Notes: a model not told the origin generated them from the letters alone. Positions 13,211 through 26,614 are shown, numbered from the stretch's first letter. The stretch: DNA of 64,000 nucleotides from Octopus sinensis (GCF_006345805.1 NC_043002.1:108252001-108316000), one strand, 5' to 3'. Numbers and translations are program-made.

Positions 13211-14559
13211 AGCGACCCACCTGAGATTGGCCTTAATTCCACGGTGCAGACTTTCTGTTTTAAAAGGATCTAAATCAAAACTTTCAACAAAATCCTATTT
13301 TCATTTATGTTCCAAACTCCAACTTTAAAAGCGGCAGAGTATTTCAACAGAAATATGATGACAAATGAGTTAAGGAGAGGAGCCAAAGAGACAATAGCCT
13401 TCCCAGTAAATACCAAACCGCTACTTCTTGCTATAGGAAAAAGAAAGCAAATATTCCCTTTCTTTGTCTGTCTCTGGGAAAGGACATGTTTGGCATAATG
13501 CTAATAAGATACCTTGGCAAGCTATTCAGACACATTTAATGCATGGTGGTAAGGGGACAATTCTATAAAGTCTGTCTCCCACAAACAATATGAAAATTTC
13601 AGCCTATGACAATACATTAAATCTCAGCCGTGTGACTAAATGGAGGGTTCTCCATATGTTATGTAACTTGTGGACTGTTTATATAGACATGCATATTCCC
13701 TCTCTCTCTCTCTCTCTCTCATATATTAGGAATGCTACAACTCTGCACCTGCCTACAGCTAATGCTTGGTTTCTAAGCAAAGACTTATTATGCAAATCTT
13801 TGGTTGTTCATATAAATTATATAATGCAGCTATCTAGGTTAACTAAATAAACAGAAAGGACTTTCTACTTTCTGCTTTGAGGATCTTGTTTGGGTCAGAC
13901 AGGGTTAAATGCCAGTTGTTGCTGCTAGCTTTAATCCTAACCTGAACTCTTTGTAAGTGGAAGAAGTTATTGTCATGTTATTGTTGAGATAATTAACAAC
14001 AAAAACAGATGTCATGGGCTCTGATGAATGCATTTCAATGGCTGAATAGGAATGAATAGGAGGAAACAGAGGGACGAGAGAACAATTATTGATATCCGAG
14101 GCATTGTTTGGTTGGAATGTTAGCTGTAGCAGTTTGGTATGTATCTTCAAAAATTCCTTTGAAGATACAAAACCAATACATAACTACTTTAGAAATCTTG
14201 ACTCTTAAACAAACAGAGAATTCAATAAAAAAAAAAAGAGATTAGTTACTGGAGAGAAATGTCAAGAGAACAGAGGAATTAACCTGATTCAATTTGAATA
14301 TTATTGAAGATATCAGGTTTTTTTGTTCCAGGACTAACTTGTAAACCTTCTAAATATCTCAATAAAACAATGGTTAAATTGAAGACCTCTGCTCAAGTAG
14401 TTACAGGATATTCTTTGGCATTCCTTCCATATTGGTCTATAGAGTGTCAGTGAGAGAAGACAACATCATTCTGCCCAGACTATGTTATGAGGGAGGGTTG
14501 TGTGGGTGAATGGCATCATGTCCCAATACTGAGGGATGGCCCATTCTTTTAATTATAAA

Positions 14560-15095
14560 TGTCACCAATATACGAGACCTTTGGAGATATGCTGTGACTG
14601 CGAAGACCCGACAAATAGCACGAGTTCATGGCTGTTCCTGCACCAGCTTCACATTGCAGCCCCAGCCCATCCAAAGTATTTTGGATCGTAGGGCGACCTG
14701 CTGTGCTTGAGGAGACCTATTGAGTCAAGTGCATCAACATCAAAATAAAAATTAAATGGAAATTGTAGTTGTGATACCCGTGCCAGTGGTACGTAAAAAG
14801 CACCATCCAAACGTGGCCGATGCCAGTGCCGCCTTGACTGGCTTCCGTACCAGTGGCACATAAAAAGTACCAACCGATCTTGGCCGTTTGCTAGCTTCCT
14901 CTGGCCCCTGTGTGGGTGGCACGTAAAAAGTACCCACTACACTCACGGAGTGGTTGGTTTTAGGAAGGGCATTCAGCTGTAGAAACATTGCCAGATGAGA
15001 CTAGAGCCTGGTGCAGCCGCCTGGCTTCCCAGATCCCCGTCGAACCGTCCAGCCGATGCTAGCATGGAGAACGGACTTTAAACGATGGTGATGAT
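14560..15095 (+). mobile_element. 5'-truncated RTE LINE (ORF end plus 3' UTR with hairpin tandem units, (GAT)n tail)
   Basis: GAGACCTTTGGAGATATGCTGTG marks the ORF end. The UTR is homologous to 61030-61377. Confidence 0.85.
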
Positions 15096-15329
15096 GTTAC
15101 AGAAAAAAATGTGCCAGGAAATAAATTTTGATTACAAAGATTCCGGCCACACCCGTGACTTTTAACCCTTTAGTATTCAAACTGACCAAATCTGATCCAA
15201 ATATCCTACCTGTTATATGCAAACTGGTCAGATCCAGCTTCTCACACCTACCCTACAATATCTAAAAATAAATAATTACATCGTTGAAGTGTTGAAGCTT
15301 CAAGATGAAGCTTCACTAAATCAAAACTG

Positions 15330-17700
15330 AATAAATATGTGAAAGTCATGATGCATTCAACAAAGAAATGTTTCAGACAAAGAAGGGAGGAACAGAGATG
15401 AAACTGATATATTATCTCTAACCTACAACAATAGTGATGATCAGGATATCAGAGACATATCTGGAGTGTCTATAGAGGTTGGCGACACCAAACCTGAAAA
15501 TATTTCAAGTGAGAATGACAAGAATGACCTAAAAGTAACCCAGGAATCTCCATTCGTGTTGCTGTGTCCTCAAAACAAAACCACAAAAACTGGACCAAAT
15601 CAACCAGTTTTGTCACAATATAAATAAAAAAATTTGGTAAAGAATCTAGTTTCAGGTATGGTTAAACCCTTTTGATACCAACCTAGCTGAAACCAGCTCT
15701 GGCTCTGTAGTACAAATGTCTTGTTTTCATAAGTTTTAAATTAAAATCTTCCACCAAACCTTAGTCACAATTTATGCTCCTAACACTAACTGAATGATAA
15801 CAAAGTTATTTTACTAAATTCTTTATTATATTTAAAATTAATTGAATGAAACACAGAGCATCTCAACAGGAATATGGTAACAAATGGGTTAAAATATATA
15901 ATAAACAAACAATTCTTAACCCTTTTATTACCAACCTGGCTGAAACCGCCTCTGGCTCTGTAGTACAAATGTCTTGTTTTCAAAAGTTTTGAATTAAAAT
16001 CTTCCACCAAACCTTAGTCACAATTTATGCTCCTAACACCAGCTTAATGATAATTAAATTATTTTACTAAATTCCCTCTCTCTCTTTCAGAGAGACACTG
16101 AGCAACTATACGCACACATACACACACAGCAGTAACTTCCACCTACCGAATTCAATCACAAAGCTTTGGTCGACTCGGGGCTATAGCAAAAGACACCTAC
16201 CCAAAGTGCCACGCAGTGGGACTGAACCTGAAACCATGTAGCTAGGAAGCAAGCTCCCTAACCACACAGCCATGCCCGCACCTCTTTGTTATATTTAAAA
16301 TTAATTGAAAGAAACACAGAACATCTCAAACTAAATACAGTAACAAAAAGGTTAAATCTTATCCTTTGTTTACCAATGAATTAATGTTAAACTCTGAGTT
16401 ACTCTTGTAGAGTTTTCATGCACGGAAACACAGGTAGTTTTGAAAACTGGAAGAAGGCAAACTGGTTCACAAAGTATATGAAGAGTGCTTGCCATCCATT
16501 AGCAGGCCATGATGAAGTGAAACAGCCAAGCATAACATGTTGGTGTTAAGTGAACTAAAAAACTATTGTGTTATATACACAGGCAGTAAGTAGTGCAGAA
16601 CCAAGACCACTTGACGATTACTACCAAAACTCCGTTGCTCACTACCCAACAAGACATTAGTTCAATGAAGTCACACAGAAGACTGCAGAAAACCAGGCAA
16701 AGATATTTTGGAACTTCTGTATTTGTAGTCAAAGGATATTTCTTAGAGGCGAAATAGGAAAGTTTGTTAGATGCAACTATACAAGTGGACTTCACCTACT
16801 GTCTGGAACTGAGATCAGAGCAAACGATGTGAAACGGTGTTCAGGGTATTGCATTATGTTTGAGGAGATGTCAGACATTCACAGGACTGAACAAGTAACC
16901 CTAAGGTTCATTGAAGGAAAGTCAAAGAGTTTTTGTCAGATTTTAATAACACCAACAGAAATAAGTGTTGTCAACATGCTGAAATGGCTAAAATTACTAA
17001 TTTCCATTTAAATTTTATTTTGATGTTGATGTACTTAACTCAATACATCTCCTCAAGCACAGCAGGTCGCCCTACGATCCAAAATACTTTGGATGGGCTG
17101 GGGCTGCTATGTGAAGCTGGTGCAGGAACAGCCATGAACTCGCATTATTTGTCGGGTCTTCACAGTCACAGCATATCTCCAAAGGTCTCGTATATTGGTG
17201 ACATTTGATGCCCAGCAACTAAGAACAATTTGCTTGTTGGAATTTTGCAACAAGAATAAAAGAATGGTTTTTGTTTGCCTTTTATGTTCATTGTTATGAA
17301 CTCAAGCCAAATCTTGCTATCTAGGATAGTGAACCATTCCACTACATCTTTGGTACAAATGAGAGCTGCTATAACTGCATAGGGGCCAGTCTCAAATGAT
17401 ATGAAATCTCTGAGAACACCAAAGTCAATGTTGCTGTTACAGGAATGATGTTCATGGTGTACAGGCAGTCTTTTGGTATCATTCCTGCCACATCGTATTC
17501 TACAGACTGCTCCTTTGATGGCCTCAGATCAATGAAAACCTTTCTGAGGAGTGCAAGGGGTCAAACATGACCCAACCCTGTGGCAGCACTAAATATTGAG
17601 TTAAAGAATGACAAGATATTGACTAAAATATTGATCATATAATAAGTTATTTAATGAGTTTAATATGTAATGTGCATTGACCTGCCCAGTCCAGTCCAGT
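15330..17700 (+). pseudogene. Fossil hAT transposase (ZMYM1-like type), interrupted by later insertions
   Basis: Manual translation gives GPNQPVLSQY (about 15592), SFENWKKA (about 16437), MFEEMSDIHRTEQVTLRFI (DE catalytic-region motif) and IIPATSYSTDCSFDGLRSMKTFLRSARGQT*PNPVAALNIE (hAT dimerisation domain, about 17475-17600). Confidence 0.8.
15667..16351 (+). mobile_element. Two tandem piggyBac-like MITEs; the second carries a partial SINE A (about 16125-16282)
   Basis: Termini are TTAA(A)CCCTTTT...GGG|TTAA (15667-15888) and TTAA|CCCTTTT...AGG|TTAA (15920-16351). A further copy is at about 31568-31796 (-). Confidence 0.75.
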
Positions 17701-18029
17701 GAATAAAAGCTAGGATCCCACTGACACGTCCACTCAAACATTTTTATTGGAATCCCTGGATGAGACACTTTAAGTCATTTACTTCAAGAAATGGAAGGAA
17801 GAAATTCTGAAATTTATTTATTTCCATTCACAATAAAAACACCTTTTCTTATTATTAGAAATGAGACAAAAGTGTTACTACCTGTCCGTTACCTGTCTTA
17901 TAGCCAACAGGTAACTTTGCATGTGTACTTTTGCCATGGCATACATACAGTAATTATAATTTAACTTTTATCATATTTCTGGGTGCATATACAAAATGAT
18001 GAAACGAATAGGAATTTTCAAAAATAAAT

Positions 18030-18440
18030 GTGGCTGTGTGGTAAGTAGCTTGTTTACCAACCACATGGTTCCGGGTTCAGTCCCACTGCGTGGCACTTTG
18101 GGCAAGTGTCTTCTACTATAGCCTCGGGCCGACCAATGCCTTGTGAGTGGATTTGGTAGACGGAAACTGAAAGAATCCCATCATATATATGTCTATATAT
18201 GTATGTATGTGTGTGTGTTTGTGTCTCTGTGTTTTTCCCCCTAGCATTCCTTGACAACCGATGCTGGTGTGTTTACGTCCCCGTAACTTAGCGGTTCGGC
18301 AAAAGAGGCCGATAGAATAAGTACTGGGCTTACAAAGAATAAGTCCCGGGGTCGAGTTGCTCGATTAAAGGCGGTGCTCCAGCATGGCCACAGTCAAAGG
18401 ACTGAAACAAGTAAAAGAGTAAAAAGAGTAAAGAGTAAAA
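18030..18440 (+). mobile_element. SINE family A
   Basis: Consensus match. Confidence 0.85.
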
Positions 18441-18701
18441 TACTTATTACTATAAGATAAAATTAAACAAAACAAATTTCTTGTTTGTACAACTTACTCC
18501 TTAACTACCCTGTAATTTACTCCTCCTCCTCCTCCTGCAATGCATCTCTGATTCTTTCTCCCCACTCATCCTGCACCTCTTAGGTTAACCTCTCTACCTG
18601 TCCTTTACTCTCTCTACAATGTCAATTTGTGATCGAGGAAAATCAACCAACAAACATCTACATTAGTTATTATTATTATTATTATTGTTATTATGATAGA
18701 T

Positions 18702-19085
18702 GCAGGAGTGGCTGTGTGGTAAGTAGCTTGCTTATGAACCACATGGTTCCGGGTTCAGTCCCACTGCGTGGCATCTTGGGCAAGTGTCTTCTGCTATAGC
18801 CCCGGGCTGACCAATGCCTTGTGAGTGGATTTGGTAGACAGAAACTGAAAGAAGCCTGTCGTATATATGTATATATATATATGTGTGTGTGTGTATGTAT
18901 GTTTCCGTGTCTGTGTTTGTCCCCCCAACATCGCTTGACAACCAATGCTGGTTTGTTTATGTCCCCGTAACTTAACGGTTCGGCAAAAGATACCAATAGA
19001 ATAAGTACTAGGCTTAAAAAGAATAAGACTAAAGGCGGTGCTCCAGCATGGCCACAGTCAATTGACTGAAACAAGTAAAAGAGTA
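18702..19085 (+). mobile_element. SINE family A
   Basis: Consensus match. The ORF 18691-19209(-) is its antisense reading. Confidence 0.85.
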
Positions 19086-19429
19086 ACAGAGAGAGTAAAA
19101 GGATATATAGGGATATTAACCCTTTTGATACCAAGCTGCCCGACATTGCCCTGGATGTATGATACAAGCTTGCTGTTTTAAAGTGACCTAAATGAAAACC
19201 TTCCTTCAAAATTCCATGTTTGCTTATGTTTCATACGCCAACTTAATATGGTGGCAGTTTTACAAAATACTTCAACAAAAGCTGTCGTATTTCAACAGAA
19301 ACACACCAAAAAGAATAAAGGGCCCTTTGCTTTGAACGAACATGTCCTTACGATATTTGCTCGACCTACTGGAAAATGTTTCCCTCAAACTATGCAGTCT
19401 TTTTAAAAAATTAAGGGCTCTAATGAGCC

Positions 19430-19990
19430 CTTTCTACTATAGCCACAAGGCCTGAAATTTGGGGAGAAGGGACTAGTTGACCCCAGTGTTTCACTGGTAC
19501 TTTATTTATCGACCCCGAAAGGACAGAAGGCAAAGTCGACCTCGGCGGAATTTGAACTCAGACCAGTAGACGAAATACTTATTTCTTTACTACCCACAAG
19601 GGGCTAAACACAGAAGGGGCAAACAAGGACAGACAAACGGATTAAGTCGATTACATCAACCCCAGTGCGTAACTGGTACTTAATTTATCGACTCCGAAAG
19701 GATGAAAGGCAAAGTCGACCTCGGCGGAATTTGAACTCAGACCAGTAGACGAAATACTTATTTCTTTACTACCCACAAGGGGCTAAACACAGAGGGGACA
19801 AACAAGGACAGACAAAGGGATTAAGTCGATTACATCAACCCCAGTGCGTAACTGGTACTTAATTTATCGACTCCGAAAGGATGAAAGGCAAAGTCGACCT
19901 CGGCGGAATTTGAACTCAGAACGTAGCAGCAGACGAAATACCGCTAAGCATTTCGCCCAGCGTGCTAACGGTTCTACCAGCTCGCCACTT
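19430..19990 (-). mobile_element. SINE family B tandem multimer (about 179 bp period)
   Basis: TTTATCGAC recurs at about 19505, 19684 and 19863, and the junctions read GACGAAATAC|TTATTTCTTT. Confidence 0.85.
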
Positions 19991-21126
19991 TGTAGACTCA
20001 TTAGATAATGAAGTTCTAAATACACGATGCCTGAAAACAGAACAAGGAATGGTTATGTCTGAAGCACCTTTCAATCAGGAGACATACACATGTATACAAG
20101 AAGTGTTTTAAGGTCATTTTCCCTGCTAAAACCCTTCCCTCAATCTTGCCCTATGTTGTAACTCCCCACTCACTAACCCTTTTTGCTCTTATATCCTCCT
20201 TCAGCATTCTTCATCTTGTTATTCTCCGGGGGGGGAGGGGTTCCTTCCTCTACTTCCTTCTATATTTATTTTCACCACTCAAACTCACCCATTGTGTGTG
20301 TGTGTGTGTATGTGCAAATACAACAGCATTTGTGAATGTGTTCTTGTGCCTATGAAGGTCACCACAGTCTTTCTCAAGATGAAACCATTAAAAGGTAAAA
20401 AACGAAAATTAAAAAACAATACCCTATTGTTCTTTTACAGAGAAAAATAACAAGGAATTCTCTTACAGATCTGTTTCGGGAATGACTGCCTCCTCATGGA
20501 AGATGACACTTATGCTTCTGTTATTCATTGAACTCTTCATCATCTTTATTTAACGTCCGTTTTCCATACTAGCATGGGTTGAACAGCTTGACAGGAACTG
20601 GCATGGCCAGGGGCTGCACCAAGGTTCCATAGTCAATTTTGGTTTGGTTTCTATGGCTGGATGCCCTTCCTAATGCCAACCACACCACAAAGTGTACTGG
20701 ATGCATTTTATGTGGCAGCAGCACCCACACCAATGCTTTTTGCATGGCACTTTGGTTTTAGGATATCAATTCTGTTGTGGTGGGCAGGTCTTCTCAAGTA
20801 CAACAATGCACCACAAACCTCGGTCCTCTGTCATCTCCTTCATAAGGCTCAACATTTTGAGATCGGCCTTGAATACTTCTATCCCGTATCTTCCTGGGTA
20901 TCTCTCTTCCACATGCATACAATCATTTTAATGTCCACTTTTCCATGCTTGCATGGTTCAGACATGCCCTTCCAGTCACAAACCCTCACCTGTTTCCAAG
21001 CAAAGTAATATTTCCCCATGGCCAAACAGGTTTTATACAGAAGACGAAATTAACAACATCATTTGTATGAGTGATGCTTATTTACAACTGTCATGTGAAC
21101 ACATACACACACACACACATATATAT

Positions 21127-21170
<44 letters not shown>

Positions 21171-21869
21171 TGGCCGTTGCCAGCCTTGCCTAGCCTCGTG
21201 CCAGTGGCACGTAAAAATCACCCACTACACTCACGGAGTGGTTGGCGTTAGGAAGGGCATTCAGCCGTAGAAACACTGCCAGATCAGACTGGGCCTGATG
21301 CAGCCTTCTGGCTTTACAGACCCCAGTTGAACCGTCCAACCCATGCTAGCATGGAAAGCGGACACTAAATGATGATGATGATGATGATGATGATGATGTA
21401 AAGTCAAGACAAGGAAACACATACACACACACGGGTTGTTTTCAGTTTCACGAGATTTTGGTTGGTCCAAGTCAATAACAGAAGACTCTTGCCCAAGGTG
21501 TCATACAGTGGGACTGAACTTAAAACCACATGATCAGGAAGTAGGCAGCCATACCTGTGCCATATATATAACACATGTTAGTGTCTCTTTTTTTTTTATA
21601 TAAATCTAAAAATAGCAGAGCTGTTCCTGTTATATCCCTTTAGGTTACAAAGGAACAACTCCCCAAACAGATCAATAAATACCAGCCCAAAATAACACCC
21701 TGAATTGGTTAGAATTGACTAAAACAGTGAAGGTAGTACTGCAAGATGGCTGCAACCTCATGAATGAATCCAGAGAGATGAAAATTTTTGGATATACATA
21801 CATGTATACAAAAAAGAAAATATACGTAAATCTATGTATATATATAATTGTACACACACAGTGGAAGGA

Positions 21870-22545
21870 ATCTGGGGGAGAGGGAGACCCAGGAAGACAT
21901 GGGATGAAGTGGTGAAGCATGACCTTCAAACATTGGGCCTCAATACTTGACTGTCAGTTTTGGCAATTTCCGTTGCCTTATCAGCTATAAGACTGGCTTG
22001 AAAGTTTGGCTCGTTTCAGATTTGCTTCTTAATTAGTATATTCTGGAGATATGCTGTGATTGAGAAGACCCAACAAATAAAGTGAATTCACAGCTGTAAC
22101 CTACACCAGAGTTGCATAACCAGCCCACTCAAAAGTACCCCGGCTCCTAGGGCAACATGCCATGCTTGAGACCTATTTAGTCAAGTACATCAAAACCAAA
22201 ATTAAAATGGAAATTGTAGTTGTGATCCCCGTGCCAGTGGCATGTAAAAAGCACCATCCAAATGTGGCCGATTCCAGAACCGCCTTGACTGGCTTCTGTG
22301 CCAGTGGCCTGTTAAAAGCACCAACTGATCGTGGTTGTTGCCAGCCCCCTCTGGCCCCTGTGCCAGTGGCATGTAAAAAGTACCCACTACACTCTCGGAG
22401 TGGTTGGCGATAGGTAGGGCATCCAGCTGCAGAAACACTGCCAGATCAGACTGGAGCCTGGTGCAGCCTCCTGGCTTCCCAGACCTCAGTCAAACCATCC
22501 AACCCATGCCAGCATGGAAAACAGACGTTAAACGATGATGATGAT
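21870..22545 (+). mobile_element. 5'-truncated RTE LINE with a foreign 97 bp segment at about 21945-22041
   Basis: The ORF end encodes GRPRKTWDEVVKHDLQTLGL, followed by the RTE 3' UTR and a (GAT)n tail. Confidence 0.85.
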
Positions 22546-23189
22546 GACACACATAAATGTACACATACGCATATATATACACAAACACATTTTCACGCAC
22601 ACATACATACATGCACATATACAAATGCAGATACACAAACACACATATACACCCATACATATGAGAGTAAACACATACATATACATACACAAACACACTT
22701 GTGTATATACATCAATAGATTATCATCCCCATCGTTTAACGTCTGTTTTCCATGCTGGCATGGGTTGGACGGTGTGGTTTTTATGTTCAGTAACAGTAAA
22801 AACAATTTTACATTAATCTGATGGTTTAATATATAGCACTTTGCAACATTTCACCAAAAATGAGAATTATAAATGTGACTAGAGTGTTAGAAACACCTAC
22901 ATCGCTAGAAATAAGAGCTAAAATGCTTTACTGTTGTAGTCAACGCACATGAATGTAAACATATTCACTAACAGGAGCCTTAATCGTCCAAAAAATGCTG
23001 ATTGAGAATTGTTAACACTTGACTGTCAGTTTTGGCAATTTCCGTTGCCTTATCAGCTATAAGACTGGCTTGAAAGTTTGGCTCTTTTCAGATTTGCTTC
23101 TTAATTAGTATATATTTTCATCATTCAAATTAATGGATAGTTTGCCGATTCGCTAGTGTGTATGCATAAAATAAATATAAACAGTATAT

Positions 23190-23235
<46 letters not shown>

Positions 23236-23322
23236 ATATATACATATACACATATATATACAAATTAACAGAATGAGATAAAAATCCAAGGCTGTGAAAG
23301 AGTTCAAAACATTTATAAATAG

Positions 23323-23370
23323 GTATTATAGCTATTTCTGGGATATTTTATATATCCCTTCATCAGAGAC
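23323..23370 (-). ncRNA. Minimal type I hammerhead-like motif (canonical CUGAUGA core)
   Basis: Minus strand reads GTCT-CTGATGA-A-GGGATAT/ATATCCC-A-GAA-ATAGCTAT (palindrome)-A-ATAC. Helix I has one mismatch. Confidence 0.6.
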
Positions 23371-24575
23371 GGTGTGAGAAAATGGTTAAGCAATAGTATG
23401 TATTTTGGTAACTGTTCTATCTTTAATATTATTAAAGAGAGAAGAGTTACAGTGTGGAAGGTGTTTATAAGCCATTTAAAAACACAAAAACCGTTAGATT
23501 CACTTCAACATTTAAATTAAATTTTCCAAAATATTTTCGTCGCTTTGAGACCACTGACAAAATTATAAACACCATCCACACTGCAATTGTTTTCTTTCCA
23601 GCACATGATCTCAGATCAGGTCACTTGCTATGCAAGTACATCTCCGTAATAAAAGATATACATATATAAACACACATATGTATGTGTACGTTAGAAAAAC
23701 GGAGATATGCCAACAATATAATTAAGCAAAAAGTATTTGGGACACTAAATACAATGAAAGGAGTCTAACCATGTCATATTGTAATATATTGTGTTGTAAA
23801 ACTTGGATTAACTGAAGACTGTGAATACAATAAGTATAGACAAGCATTAACCCTTTCTTGTGTAGGGGTGGGAGTAGGGATTAAAATCTTAAAACAACCA
23901 GCAGGGAAAATACCTGCAGTAAACTCGAAATGGTCTTATCGACCCCAGTGCATAACTGGTACTTATTTAATCGACCCCGAAAGGATGAAAGGTTGACTTT
24001 GCCTTTCGTCCTTTCGGGGGTCGATTAAATAAGTACCAGTTATATAATCGACTTAATCCGTTTGTCTGTCCTTGTTTGTCCATTCTGTGTTTAGCCCCTT
24101 GTGGATAGTAAAGAAATAGGTCTTGTGTTTAAGACAGTAGAAGTAATGGACATGTTTCAATATTATCAATCCTCTTCAGGCAGAGATAAGGCAGAATAAG
24201 GTGTTCTTCATATATAGACTTTTATAGCGAAAAGGTTGAGAGTAACTTCAAAATTTCAACTGGTTCACCATCAGATGATGAGGACAAACTAAGACTTTGA
24301 AGTCACTGTCAACTTTTCTCTTGCAAGAAGTATGTTACTCGACCACAAAGTATAGAGTAATCCTTCGCTTTAATGTTAAATTGTTCTTTTTAATAACTTG
24401 CCATAACCAACACACATACACAGAGGCATACCTACATGAGTGTATGCACATACCCCCTACCAACTTTGTTTCCTCATAACTTTCAGAAAAATTTATATTT
24501 TTTAATGAAATTTTCTAAAGATACTTTCCAGATGGATTACTTTATGATTACATATGAATTTGTTGAGGAAAATAT

Positions 24576-24624
<49 letters not shown>

Positions 24625-25469
24625 AAGAGTATGTGTGTGTGTACGTACGTACGTACATACATACATACATACACGAGAGACAGAGAAGGGGACATGTATG
24701 CAAAGAGACACAAATGGGATGTTCCAGCCATCCCCAGTACAAGATGACATTAACATCCAAGGAATCGAAATCAAAATCCTAAAAGACATTTGTCTTAAAG
24801 CCGTTTACCACATTTCTTCGCACGCACACACACAACCAATTGCTTTGACGAAAGCTGGTGAGTTAACTCTGTGAGAGACCAGTGTCCCGTCCAGGGGGTG
24901 GTGAGGAGAGTCTTCAGCCACTTAAACTTCATGGTGTGTGTGTGTGAGTGCGCACAAATGTTTATCCTCTCCTATTTCTTTATTACCCACAAGGGGTTAA
25001 ACATAGAGGGGACAAACAAGGACAGACATAGGTATTAAGTCCATTGCATCGACCCCAGTGCGTAACTGGTACTTAATTTATCGACCCACCATTTGACAAC
25101 CGGTATTGGTTTGTTAGCGTTTTCAAGGGAATTCCAACCAAGTTTCGTGGTTCGCTATCTCAACAGCCCCTTTATAGGATTAACGGTTCAACAAAAAGAG
25201 AACGATAAAATAAGTACCAGATTTTAAATACTGGCGTCGATTTGCTCGACAAAATATATAAAGGCAAAGGCAATAAATGCCCCAGCTCGGCCGCAGTCCA
25301 ACAACTAAAAACAAGTAAAACGGAAGGTACATATATACATAGAAAGGGGGGGGGAGAAGTGACAAAGATTTAGAAGTATGCGTGTGTATGTATGTGTGCG
25401 TGCGTGCGTGTTTTCTGAAGAACCGTTGACAATTTCCACAAAGAAAATGTCTAAAGGAAAAATACCTAC

Positions 25470-25560
25470 CGTAATAATCCTCCCAGTGTAGCGAATTGCG
25501 AAAGAAAGACTGTAATTGTTGTGAATCCATTGGTTCCAGATCGGTATTTGTATGATCCAT
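25470..25560 (-). CDS. Candidate first coding exon of an unidentified gene (MDHTNTDLEPMDSQQLQSFFRNSLHWEDYY, phase 1 intron)
   Basis: Perfect Kozak context CCACCATGG, 30 non-repetitive codons, then a donor G|GTAGGT at 25470/25469. It lies in a CpG-richer unique zone. No downstream exon was recognised. Confidence 0.5.
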
Positions 25561-25563
25561 GGT

Positions 25564-25599
<36 letters not shown>

Positions 25600-25602
<3 letters not shown>

Positions 25603-26614
25603 GCGCGCAAACTTCGAGTTGATTCTACATTGATTGTCGTTGCCGCTGCCGGGTTCTATTATTATTAAAGTTGGCTTAGAGAAGTATTAAAGTTACTTTT
25701 GCTAATATATACACAAACATGTATATATATATATATATATATATATTCCTTCAAAACTTTAAGATATATCTACTAATACGGACCTGGTCAAATCCTTATT
25801 AAATCCACAGTCAATGTAGTAGCAGTGATTTGTGTTTATTCTCCTCGTTAAATTCCCCAACAGACGAAATACTGATTCCATTGTTTTCGTTAATGAATGT
25901 TAATTAGCGAAGTGAAGATTATTTTACCTTTATATGTGTCGGTTCTAATTTGTAGAAAAGTCAGAAATAAGATTGTCGTGAAATTAGCAGAAAATATAAT
26001 GTTCATTCAATCGTTGTTGTCGGTGTTTCATTAAAGTGTCCAGTGACCCCTAATTACATAGAGCGTTTATAAGATATCTGAAAAGACTGTTTAAACCAGC
26101 GGTACTGATTTAAAGGGGCAGCGAAGCAATTTAAGAGAGAGGGTAGCTACATTATCGCATACAAGGAGAAAGAAACTAAGGCACGAAAGGGAACTTTCCA
26201 ACAGCGAAAACATAAATAAGCCTTTTATGATCCTGGCTAATAATAAAGCGACGTGAAACATTGGTGGTTGACATCTTTTCTAATTAGAGAGTTTGTCCGC
26301 TTAAAATGAGAGGACGACACCAAATAGCGGCGGAATGTCCAAGTATACAGATAGAGATAAGGGGCTGAGTAGAGAGAGAGAGAGAGAAAAGGACCGGTGG
26401 TGGAGGTGATGAAACAGGGTGCAACAGCTGTCTCGAAGTCCTCCACACCTGCCTCTTCTAACGTTAGATATTTAATCTGGCAGAGGTAATTTAGTATCTC
26501 TCATCACTATTTTTTCTCCTACCTCCACCTCGGATAAGAGGGAGAGAGCAGAAAGTGGATGACAGTATAATAATAAAGATTAAAATCAACACCACTATAC
26601 ATACTATACATAAA

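Noticed and set aside
18691-19209. 172 aa ORF
   Set aside because: Antisense reading of a SINE A copy; the same peptide recurs at other SINE copies.
25921-25935. Minus-strand donor AAG|GTAAAA as the end of a 5' UTR exon
   Set aside because: I found no matching acceptor before the ATG at 25560, so the site is unsupported.
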